32,000 nt of DNA from Aeropyrum pernix K1 (GTDB lineage Archaea; Thermoproteota; Thermoprotei_A; Sulfolobales; Acidilobaceae): contig NC_000854.2 of NCBI RefSeq assembly GCF_000011125.1, forward strand, positions 1,380,001 through 1,412,000, in the 5' to 3' direction. The notes under the pieces were generated by a model. The model saw only the letters and a program-made list of their open reading frames with translations, had not been told where the DNA came from and ran no database searches. Made by a program: the position numbers and the translations under genes. This document shows, piece by piece, positions 24,718 through 32,000 of the stretch. How positions within the stretch are numbered: position 1 is the stretch's first letter; every line of letters starts with the position of its first letter.

Positions 24718-25215
24718 TTGGAAGTGTCCAAAGCGGCAACGCCTCTAGTGCGCGTAACTCTGAAGGTGAACGGAAAAACATACACACACCACGTGCCGCC
24801 GAGGATGCTCCTGGTACATTTTCTCAGGGATGTTCTTGGCCTCACAGGGACTCACGTCGGCTGTGACACTAGTAACTGCGGAGCGTGCACGGTCCTCGTG
24901 AACGGTAAGGCTGTCAAGTCTTGCACGGTATACACGTTTATGGTAGATGGCGCAGAGATAACTACTATCGAGGGTCTCGAGCAGAACGGCAAGCTCCACC
25001 CGATACAGGAGGCCTTCTGGGAGAACCACGGCCTCCAGTGTGGCTTCTGCACGCCAGGCATGATAATGACCCTCCACGACTTCCTCAGCAGGAACAAGAG
25101 CCCCACTGAGAGCGAGGTCAGGAGGGCTATAGAGGGCAACCTATGCAGGTGTACGGGTTACGTCAACATAGTAAGATCAGCCCTATGGGCGGCTGAGAGG
25201 ATGAGGGGTGGATAG
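24718..25215 (+). CDS. coxS: [2Fe-2S]-binding small subunit of a molybdenum hydroxylase (CoxS-like)
   Basis: Two Fe-S cluster motifs: [11 protein letters not shown] and [10 protein letters not shown]...CRCTGY. The TTG start has a GGAGGAGGTG SD. Confidence 0.9.
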   Translation: MEVSKAATPLVRVTLKVNGKTYTHHVPPRMLLVHFLRDVLGLTGTHVGCDTSNCGACTVLVNGKAVKSCTVYTFMVDGAEITTIEGLEQNGKLHPIQEAFWENHGLQCGFCTPGMIMTLHDFLSRNKSPTESEVRRAIEGNLCRCTGYVNIVRSALWAAERMRGG

Positions 25216-25217
25216 CC

Positions 25218-27575
25218 TTGTCTCAGGGTAGAAGGTATATTGGTAAGAGGGTTAAGCGTAAAGAGGACCCGCGCTTCATAACCGGAAGGGGCCTATACGT
25301 CGACGACATTAAGCTCCCGGGCATGGTGTACGCCGCTTTCCTGAGGGCGAGCTACGCCCACGCGAGGATAAAGTCTATAGACACCTCTAAGGCGGAGAAA
25401 ATGCCGGGGGTAGTAGGAGTCTACACTGGAGAGTACTTCAAAGATAAAGTTGCTCCCCTCACAACGGCCTGGGCGCTGGCTAACGCCGACTTGAAGCCCG
25501 TTTTCTGGCCGGTGGTAGCCCACGATAAGGTGAGGTTTACAGGGGATATTGTGGCGGTTGTCGTGGCCGAGGACCCATACACCGCCTACGACGCCCTGGA
25601 GGCCATAGATGTCGAGTATGAGCCCCTGCCCGTTGTTGTCGACGTTGAGGAGGCCATAAAGCCCGGTGCCCCCCAGCTCCATGACGAGGCCCCGGGTAAC
25701 ATAGCCTTTAAATGGAGGTTCTCCGGCGGCGAGAGCTTTGACAAGGTTGCAGAGAAGGCTGATGTGGTTATAAAGCAGAGGATGGTAAACCAGAGGCTAA
25801 TACCCAGCGCCATGGAGACTAGGGGTGCTGTAGCCAGCTTCAACAGGGGTCTGGAGGAGCTGACTCTATGGGTCACCTCGCAGAATCCCCATGTCCATAG
25901 GCTCGTCCTCTCCGGCGTGCTGGGACTGCCGGAGCATAAGATCAGGGTTATAGCGCCCGATGTAGGCGGCGGCTTCGGCAGCAAGATCCCCGTCTACCCG
26001 GGGGAGGTGATAGTATCCAGGCTGGCTATGGACCTGGGGGTTCCGGTTAAGTGGGTTGAGACGAGGAGGGAGAACTTCGTCGGCACAATCCACGGGAGGG
26101 ACCATGTGGAGTATGTGGAGGCGGCTGCCACGAGGGACGGGAGACTCCTCGGCGTAAGGGTTAAGACTCTGGCTAACATGGGGGCCTACCTCTCCACGGC
26201 GGCCCCCGGAGTCCCCACCATACTCTTCGGCCTGATGCTCCAGGGACCATACAAGATCGAGTCGGTGGACGTCGAGGTCCTGGGGGTGCTGACGAACACG
26301 ACCCCCGTCGACGCATACCGGGGTGCAGGGAGGCCTGAGGCAACCTACATCCTCGAGAGGGTTATGGACCTGGTGGCGAGAAAGCTGGGGCTCGACCCCG
26401 CTGAGGTCAGGAGGAGGAACCTCATCGAGGAGGCTCCCTACACCACTGTGACAGGCCTCGTCTACGACAGCGGCAGGTACAAGGAGGTGTTCGAGAAGGC
26501 GCTCCAGATAGCTGAGTACGAGAAGTGGAGGGAGGAGCAGATGAAGGCCAGGCAGGAGGGGAGGCTGATAGGTATAGGGATATCGAGCTACATAGAGATG
26601 TGCGGCCTAGCCCCCTCTAGGATAGCGAGGGCCACGGGCTTCGGCCTTGGCCTCTACGAGAGCGTCACAATAAGGGTTCACCCCACTGGCAAGGTGAGCG
26701 TCTACACAGGATCACACCCCCACGGCCAGGGTGAGGAGACCTCCTTCGCCCAGATAGTGGCTGAGGAGCTGGGCGTCCCGGTGGAGGACGTCGAGATCAT
26801 ACATGGTGACACGGACGAGACACCCTTCGGCCTGGGTACCTACGGCAGCAGGACGACGCCTGTGGGCGGCGGCGCTGTGGCCCTCGCCGCCAGGAGGATA
26901 AGGGAGAAGGCCAGGAAGATAGCGGCTGCCCTGCTCGAGGCCAGGGAGGAGGATGTAGTGTTCTCGGAGGGCAAGTTCCACGTGAAGGGCCATCCCGAGA
27001 AGAGTGTGTCGTTCCAGGAGGTAGCCCTGGAGGCCTACCTGGCTGACAAGCTTCCCGAGGGGCTGGAGCCGGGGTTGGAGGCGACCACCTTCTACGACCC
27101 CGAGAACTTCGTGTTCCCCTACGGCACCCACGTGTGTATAGTAGAGGTTGACAGGGATACGTGGAAGCCTAAGATACTGAGGTATGTGGCTGTGGACGAT
27201 GCAGGCGTGATAATAAATCCGATGCTGGCTGAGGGCCAGGTTCACGGAGGCGTCGTTCAGGGCATAGCCCAGGCCCTCTTCGAGTATGCCGTGTACGATG
27301 AGAGCGGCAACCTTCTCACCGCAGGGTTCAACGACTACATGATACCCACTGCCAAGGACCTCCCTAACATAGAATCCTACTTCGTCGAGACTCCCTCACC
27401 CCACAACCCGCTGGGCGCCAAGGGCATAGGGGAGACCGGCACTATAGCCTCTACCCCCGCCGTCGTGAACGCGGTGCTGGACGCCCTCGCCCACCTGGGC
27501 GTGGAGCACATAGACATGCCCCTAACGCCCCACAACATTTGGAAGGCCCTTAAGGATAAGGGGGTGGTGAAGTAG
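25218..27575 (+). CDS. coxL: Molybdopterin-binding large subunit, form II CoxL-like (AYRGAGR active-site loop)
   Basis: 785 aa of the xanthine dehydrogenase/aldehyde oxidase family. The active-site loop AYRGAGR is encoded at 26313-26333. The TTG start lies 2 nt after the coxS stop. Confidence 0.9.
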   Translation: MSQGRRYIGKRVKRKEDPRFITGRGLYVDDIKLPGMVYAAFLRASYAHARIKSIDTSKAEKMPGVVGVYTGEYFKDKVAPLTTAWALANADLKPVFWPVVAHDKVRFTGDIVAVVVAEDPYTAYDALEAIDVEYEPLPVVVDVEEAIKPGAPQLHDEAPGNIAFKWRFSGGESFDKVAEKADVVIKQRMVNQRLIPSAMETRGAVASFNRGLEELTLWVTSQNPHVHRLVLSGVLGLPEHKIRVIAPDVGGGFGSKIPVYPGEVIVSRLAMDLGVPVKWVETRRENFVGTIHGRDHVEYVEAAATRDGRLLGVRVKTLANMGAYLSTAAPGVPTILFGLMLQGPYKIESVDVEVLGVLTNTTPVDAYRGAGRPEATYILERVMDLVARKLGLDPAEVRRRNLIEEAPYTTVTGLVYDSGRYKEVFEKALQIAEYEKWREEQMKARQEGRLIGIGISSYIEMCGLAPSRIARATGFGLGLYESVTIRVHPTGKVSVYTGSHPHGQGEETSFAQIVAEELGVPVEDVEIIHGDTDETPFGLGTYGSRTTPVGGGAVALAARRIREKARKIAAALLEAREEDVVFSEGKFHVKGHPEKSVSFQEVALEAYLADKLPEGLEPGLEATTFYDPENFVFPYGTHVCIVEVDRDTWKPKILRYVAVDDAGVIINPMLAEGQVHGGVVQGIAQALFEYAVYDESGNLLTAGFNDYMIPTAKDLPNIESYFVETPSPHNPLGAKGIGETGTIASTPAVVNAVLDALAHLGVEHIDMPLTPHNIWKALKDKGVVK

Positions 27576-28453
27576 TGTACCCGGCTAGCTTCGAGGTCCT
27601 CATACCAAAGAGCCTCGATGAGGCTCTGGACATGCTGGAGAAGTATGGTGACAACGCTAAAGTGCTGGCGGGGGGCCACAGCCTCATACCCATGATGAGG
27701 CTCAGGCTGGTGAAGCCCACCTACGTTATATACATTGGCAGGATACCCGGGCTCTCATACATCAGGGAGGAGGGCGGCGAGATAAGGATAGGGGCGTTGA
27801 CGACCCACAACGAGATAGAGGAGTCCAGCCTGCTGAAGGAGAAGAACCCGCTCCTGAGCGAGACAGCCTCTAAAATAGGGGACCTCCAGGTCAGGAACAT
27901 GGGGACAATAGGAGGCAGCCTGGCCCACGCAGACCCCGCCGCAGACTACCCGGCAGCCCTAGCCGCTCTGGAGGCGAGCGTCGTCCTCAGGAGCAAGGCT
28001 GGGGAAAGGGTGGTAAAGCTAGAGGACTTCATAATCGGCCCCTACATAACAGACCTCCAGCCAAGCGAGCTGCTCGTCGAGGTGAGAGTTCCATCCCTCT
28101 CAGGCCGCTTCGGGACCGCCTACGAGAAGCTGGTCTTCAGGGCCTCGGACTTCGCCATAGTTGGGGTAGCAGCCCTCGTACAGCTCTCAGGAGACGGGAC
28201 GGCGGAGAAGGTGAGAGTAGGCCTCACCGGCGTTGACGAGAAGCCGGTCAGGGCTAGAGGAGTGGAGGAGGAGCTGGAGGGCAAGAGGCTCAGCGAGGAC
28301 CTCATAGCCAGAGCGGCTGAGAGGGCGTCGGAGGGGATAAACCCGCCCACGGACATCAGGGCTTCCGCAGAGTATAGGAAGAGGATGGCCAGGGCCCTCA
28401 CCAAGAGGGCCCTAACACGGGCCTTCAGGAAGGCGGCGGGCAAAACTGGCTAG
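27575..28453 (+). CDS. coxM: FAD-binding medium subunit (CoxM-like)
   Basis: 292 aa with FAD-binding molybdopterin dehydrogenase motifs (AGGHSLIPMMRLR, GTIGGSLAHADPAADY). The GTG start overlaps the coxL stop by 1 nt. Confidence 0.9.
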   Translation: MYPASFEVLIPKSLDEALDMLEKYGDNAKVLAGGHSLIPMMRLRLVKPTYVIYIGRIPGLSYIREEGGEIRIGALTTHNEIEESSLLKEKNPLLSETASKIGDLQVRNMGTIGGSLAHADPAADYPAALAALEASVVLRSKAGERVVKLEDFIIGPYITDLQPSELLVEVRVPSLSGRFGTAYEKLVFRASDFAIVGVAALVQLSGDGTAEKVRVGLTGVDEKPVRARGVEEELEGKRLSEDLIARAAERASEGINPPTDIRASAEYRKRMARALTKRALTRAFRKAAGKTG

Positions 28454-28579
28454 GAGAGCCTCAACACACCCCCACTCTACACCCACATTTTTAACCCCGC
28501 ATTCTCCAAACCCCTATTCATACTGGGGTCCCCAGGGATCCTGCCTCCACGGCCGGGTGTCTCCCCTAGGTGTCGAGTA

Positions 28580-29476
28580 TTGATGGAGGGAGAGTGGGAG
28601 AGCTTCCTAAGGCAGCTTACGCCGGAGAAGCTTGAGGAGCTCCTCCGGAGCAGGGACTACATACCCAGCAGAGACCTTCTAATGGCCCTCTACCTCGCCC
28701 TGAAGCTCGGGAAGCCGCTTCTCGTCGAGGGGGAGCCGGGCAACGGGAAGACGGAGCTCGCCAAGGTCCTGGCCGAGGCTCTGGGCACCGAGCTTATAAG
28801 GCTCCAGTGTTATGAGGGGATAGACGCGTCCCAGGCCCTCTACGACTGGAACTATCCTAAGCAGCTCCTGGCTATAAGGATGCTGGAGAGGAGCGGTGAT
28901 GTTGAGAGTATAGAGCGGGAGATATACTCGGAGAAGTACCTGGTGAAAGGCCCCCTCCTCAGGGCGGTCACCCACAGGGGGCCGAAGCCCCCGGTGCTCC
29001 TGATAGACGAGATAGACAGGGCTGACGAGGAGTTCGAGGCTTTCCTCCTCGAGTTCCTCGCCGAGTTCCAGGTGACGGTGCCTGAGATAGGCACATTCAG
29101 GGCGGAGAGGAGGCCTATAGTGGTGATAACCTCCAACAGGACCAGGGAGGTGGGCGAGGGCCTGAGGAGGAGGTGCCTCTACGTCTACGTGACCTACCCG
29201 CCCAAGGAGAGGGAGGTGGAGATAGTGATGAGGAGGGTTAGGGGGGCTGAGAGGAGGCTCGTGGAGAAGGCTGTGGACGTTGTTGCAAGGATAAGGGCGT
29301 CCCAGGAGGTGTTGAAGAAGCCGGGGGTTTCGGAGACCATCGACTGGGTACAGGGGCTGCAGGCCCTCGGCTACAGGGATATAGATAGGAGGGCCCTGGA
29401 GGACACGCTATCCTGCCTCTTTAAGGCTCGGGAGGACCTGGAGGCGGTCTCCCTGGACGACCTGGTGGGGGGCTAA
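28580..29476 (+). CDS. coxD: MoxR-type AAA+ ATPase (CoxD-like)
   Basis: Walker A GEPGNGKTELA and Walker B VLLIDEIDRADEE, at MoxR-like length. ATG 28583 directly follows TTG 28580. Confidence 0.85.
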   Translation: MMEGEWESFLRQLTPEKLEELLRSRDYIPSRDLLMALYLALKLGKPLLVEGEPGNGKTELAKVLAEALGTELIRLQCYEGIDASQALYDWNYPKQLLAIRMLERSGDVESIEREIYSEKYLVKGPLLRAVTHRGPKPPVLLIDEIDRADEEFEAFLLEFLAEFQVTVPEIGTFRAERRPIVVITSNRTREVGEGLRRRCLYVYVTYPPKEREVEIVMRRVRGAERRLVEKAVDVVARIRASQEVLKKPGVSETIDWVQGLQALGYRDIDRRALEDTLSCLFKAREDLEAVSLDDLVGG

Positions 29477-29483
29477 CGCCGCT

Positions 29484-30569
29484 TTGCAGAAGGGGGGCCT
29501 CGAGGAGAGGGTTGTAGAGTTCGCTAGGCTCCTCAGGGAGAACGGTATAAGGTGCACGGTCGCCGAGTCCATAGACGCCGCTCTCGCTGCCAGCCTCGTG
29601 GGCATGGAGGACCTCGAGAGGCTGAAGCAGGCTCTCAGGGCAGCCCTCGCCAAAGACCCCGGCCGCCACAGGCTTTTCGACTACCTCTTCGACGTCTACT
29701 GGAGGGGCGCTTGGACGGCGGTACAGGTGCCCGGGAGGAGGATAGCTGTTAGGGTGGAGGTCGAGCCTGGAAGCCCGGTTGAGAGGTTCCTCAGCATCTA
29801 CAGCCCGGTGGAGGCAAGCTGGGGGGAGCCCGGGGTCGAGCCGCCCTCGGCGGCCCAGGCTAGAGCCCTCTATAGGAGTCTGGCCCTGTTGAGGAGGAGG
29901 CTCGGCCTGGAGGAGGGCAGGAGGAGGGTGCCTAGGAGGAGGGGTAGGATAGACTTCAAGAGGTCCATGAGGAGGTCCCTGAGGACCTTCGGCGAGACTG
30001 TGAGGCTGGTAAGGGCTAGCAGGAAGAGGAGTAAGACAGACATACTAGTGCTGCTTGATGTGAGCAACTCGATGAAGGACTATTGGCCCTGGATACTGGG
30101 CATCCTCAACGCTCTCCGCCGCCTACCCCCGGGCAGCTACGAGGCCTTCCTATTCAGCACAAGGCTGGTGAGGGCAACTCCAATGGTTGAGGCTGCCGGG
30201 GGGGCTGAGGACCTCAGGAGGCTCTTGTCCCGGGTGGAAGGCCTCTGGGGCAGCGGAACCAGGATTAGCCAGTCCGTCGAGGAGCTTCTCGAAAGCCACA
30301 CCCCTGCTCTCCACCGGGGCGCCGCCGTGCTGGTGTTCAGCGACGGCTGGGACCTAGGCGACCTAGGGAGGCTGGCTTCCGCGCTGGCCGAGCTGAGGCG
30401 GAGGGCGGGCTTCCTCGTATGGGTGACTCCCGAGTCGCCGCGGAGGGATGCTGGGGGCGAGCCTTCGACTATGAGGATAATCCGCCGCCACGCCGACCTC
30501 ACTATAGACTTGGAGACACTGCTAAACACCAGGAGGCTCCTAAGGCTTCTCCCGAGGTCCTCCGCCTAG
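29484..30569 (+). CDS. coxE: vWA domain protein of the CoxE family
   Basis: The C-terminal vWA domain has a MIDAS motif (LLDVSNSM). The position directly after the MoxR ATPase is the CoxD-CoxE arrangement. Confidence 0.8.
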   Translation: MQKGGLEERVVEFARLLRENGIRCTVAESIDAALAASLVGMEDLERLKQALRAALAKDPGRHRLFDYLFDVYWRGAWTAVQVPGRRIAVRVEVEPGSPVERFLSIYSPVEASWGEPGVEPPSAAQARALYRSLALLRRRLGLEEGRRRVPRRRGRIDFKRSMRRSLRTFGETVRLVRASRKRSKTDILVLLDVSNSMKDYWPWILGILNALRRLPPGSYEAFLFSTRLVRATPMVEAAGGAEDLRRLLSRVEGLWGSGTRISQSVEELLESHTPALHRGAAVLVFSDGWDLGDLGRLASALAELRRRAGFLVWVTPESPRRDAGGEPSTMRIIRRHADLTIDLETLLNTRRLLRLLPRSSA

Positions 30570-31241
30570 CTGGGAGCACATCTTCGACGCCCTCTCCAGG
30601 TCCTCCGGGGTGTCGACATCCAGGTGCAGCCCGGGATCGTCTACCTCAACAACCGCCAGGCTATCCCGGTATTTGCCGAAGAGGCTCCTCACCCCAGTAT
30701 CTCCAGAGAGTCTAAGTAGCTCGCCCCGGAGCCTTGAGTCCACGACTACAGGAGGAGCTATAGCCCCGCCAGCCATGGGGGCGGCGATGAGGGGCCTCCG
30801 GGCCATGTAGAGCGCCAGGACCCTGGCCACAGTGTGCTTCGAGACGAACGGCCTGTCCCCGTTGAAGAACAGGTAAGCCCTAGCCCCGGGCGAGGCCTCG
30901 ACGCCCAGCCTGATAGAGTGGCTCAACCCCCTCCACTGCTCCCTATTCACCACTACCCTGAAGAGCCCCCTCCTCCCCGGGGGCCTCTCCCTCCTCAAAA
31001 CGTCTGCGACCTCCCCTGATGTGACGACGACAGCGCCCTCGAGAACACCCTCAAACCGGGCTACAAGCTCCAGAACGTGCCATAAAACCCTCTTCCCGCA
31101 GAGCGGCGCCAGGAGCTTGTTGAACCCCATACGCCTAGACATGCCGGCCGCCAGCACTACGGCGTATATACCCGACCTGGGCCTGAGCAGGCCAGCGGCT
31201 GATAGAGCCAGCAGGGTGTCGAGCCCCTCCAAGGCATGCAA
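30540..31241 (-). CDS. mocA: MobA-like nucleotidyltransferase, probable molybdenum cofactor cytidylyltransferase (MocA)
   Basis: The N-terminal AVVLAAGMSRRMGFNKLL motif is typical of MobA/MocA. Location in the cox cluster fits. The start (TTG 31241 or 31232) is uncertain. Confidence 0.75.
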   Translation of the reverse strand: MHALEGLDTLLALSAAGLLRPRSGIYAVVLAAGMSRRMGFNKLLAPLCGKRVLWHVLELVARFEGVLEGAVVVTSGEVADVLRRERPPGRRGLFRVVVNREQWRGLSHSIRLGVEASPGARAYLFFNGDRPFVSKHTVARVLALYMARRPLIAAPMAGGAIAPPVVVDSRLRGELLRLSGDTGVRSLFGKYRDSLAVVEVDDPGLHLDVDTPEDLERASKMCSQLGGGPREKP

Positions 31242-31328
31242 CCCTTACTGAACACTCGTAGCCAGGTTAAGTAGTTCGGAAGCCAGCCTATATCATAATC
31301 TATGAGGCTGCACGCGGGGGTTTGGGGG

Positions 31329-31772
31329 TTGAAGGTTAGGTATGAGGGCTCATTCGAAGTGTCCAAGACTCCTGAGGAGGTCTTCGAGTTCCTCACAGAC
31401 CCCAAGAGGTTTTCACGCGCATTCCCGGGCTTCAAGTCTGTGGAGGTGGAGGACGGATCCTTCACCATAGAGCTGAGGCTGAGCCTGGGGCCGCTACGCG
31501 GGGATGCTAGGGTTAGAGCCTCGTTCGAGGACCTGGAGAAGCCTAGCAAGGCTACCGTGAAGGGCTCGGGCAGGGGTGCGGGCAGCACTCTGGACTTCAC
31601 CTTGAGATTCGCAGTAGAGCCCTCGGGAGGGGGTAGTAGGGTTAGCTGGGTTTTCGAGGGCAATGTAGGGGGGCTCGCGGCAAGCATGGGGGGCAGGGTG
31701 CTCGACAGCCTTGCCAGGAGGATGATAAACGACGTTATATCTGGGGTGAAGAGGGAGCTGGGGGAAGCCTAA
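31329..31772 (+). CDS. coxG: CoxG-like SRPBCC family protein
   Basis: LKVRYEGSFEVSKTPEEVFEFLTDPKRFSRAFPGFKSVE... matches the CoxG N-terminal pattern. TTG 31329 follows a CTATATCATAA box. The ORF is open from ATG 31302. Confidence 0.75.
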   Translation: MKVRYEGSFEVSKTPEEVFEFLTDPKRFSRAFPGFKSVEVEDGSFTIELRLSLGPLRGDARVRASFEDLEKPSKATVKGSGRGAGSTLDFTLRFAVEPSGGGSRVSWVFEGNVGGLAASMGGRVLDSLARRMINDVISGVKRELGEA

Positions 31773-31859
31773 GGCCGAAGGGGGGTTTTTAGCACACGCT
31801 TATCACCCCCGGCCACGCTATAGCTCCAGTGGAGCCCGAGCTTAGGTGGTGTGTAAAGG

Positions 31860-32000
31860 GTGGGAGGGGGCTTCAGGTTCGACGAGGAGAGTCTTAGAGA
31901 GTTCGTCGACATGGTCAGGGGGCTTATGGAGGAGGAGAGGGAGTTCGTCATAGCCACTGTCGTGAGCGTTAAGGGCTCAGCAGCCGCCAGGGTGGGCTCT
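31860..32000 (+). CDS. XdhC/CoxI family molybdenum-enzyme maturation factor, N-terminal part (runs off the right edge)
   Basis: From GTG 31860 the frame reads VGGGFRFDEESLREFVDMVRGLMEEEREFVIATVVSVKGSAAARVGS. The ATVV..KGS..R.G segment is the XdhC N-terminal signature. Confidence 0.6.
   Translation, partial: MGGGFRFDEESLREFVDMVRGLMEEEREFVIATVVSVKGSAAARVGS

Noticed and set aside
28580-30569. MoxR AAA+ ATPase plus vWA pair as a stand-alone novel (e.g. defence-type) system.
   Set aside because: The pair sits directly after coxSLM and before mocA/coxG/xdhC, which is the established CoxD/CoxE maturation context. A chaperone role for the Mo enzyme is the simpler reading.
1-32000. Looked for CRISPR arrays, rRNA genes, IS elements and long tandem or interspersed repeats.
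   Set aside because: I saw no regularly spaced repeats of 24 nt or more and no transposase- or Cas-like ORFs. The only tandem-like sequence is the coding KS/KK low-complexity tail at about 5360-5480.

Overview
Gene content, GC-rich coding, frequent GTG/TTG starts with GGAGGTG-type Shine-Dalgarno motifs, and an intron-containing tRNA suggest a chromosomal core region of a hyperthermophilic aerobic crenarchaeon (Desulfurococcales, Aeropyrum-like). All calls rest on motif and architecture recognition by eye; no searches were run. Left to right, the window holds: (1) the conserved secE-spt5-L11-L1 cluster (minus strand), followed by Mut7-C nuclease, CBS-domain, DUF72 and small Zn-finger genes; (2) PCNA, an unknown 132-aa protein, an acidic/basic Rpo13-like protein and a polytopic membrane protein; (3) an Lhr-family helicase followed by a DHH/DHHA1 phosphoesterase; (4) tRNA-Glu(UUC) and an intron-containing tRNA-Cys(GCA); (5) aspS, UPF0216, fibrillarin and Nop5 (minus), then S30e (below the ORF-track cutoff) and gatD-gatE (plus); (6) a type IV filament ATPase with a platform protein split into two genes and no pilin genes; (7) OsmC and a ClpP-fold SDH protease; (8) a form II (AYRGAGR, S-L-M order) molybdenum hydroxylase/CO-dehydrogenase-like cluster with CoxD (MoxR), CoxE (vWA), MocA, CoxG and XdhC accessory genes. 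No CRISPR array, rRNA, transposase or integrase was seen. The observations most worth a second look are: an L11 gene that encodes only the C-terminal domain; the Lhr + DHH helicase/nuclease pairing; the pilin-less, split-platform type IV filament module; a gatD 5' end with GatD-like sequence but no canonical start codon; and Cu-cluster maturation-type accessory genes next to a form II CoxL. Nothing in the window clearly looks like a new defence or mobile system, and I do not claim one.
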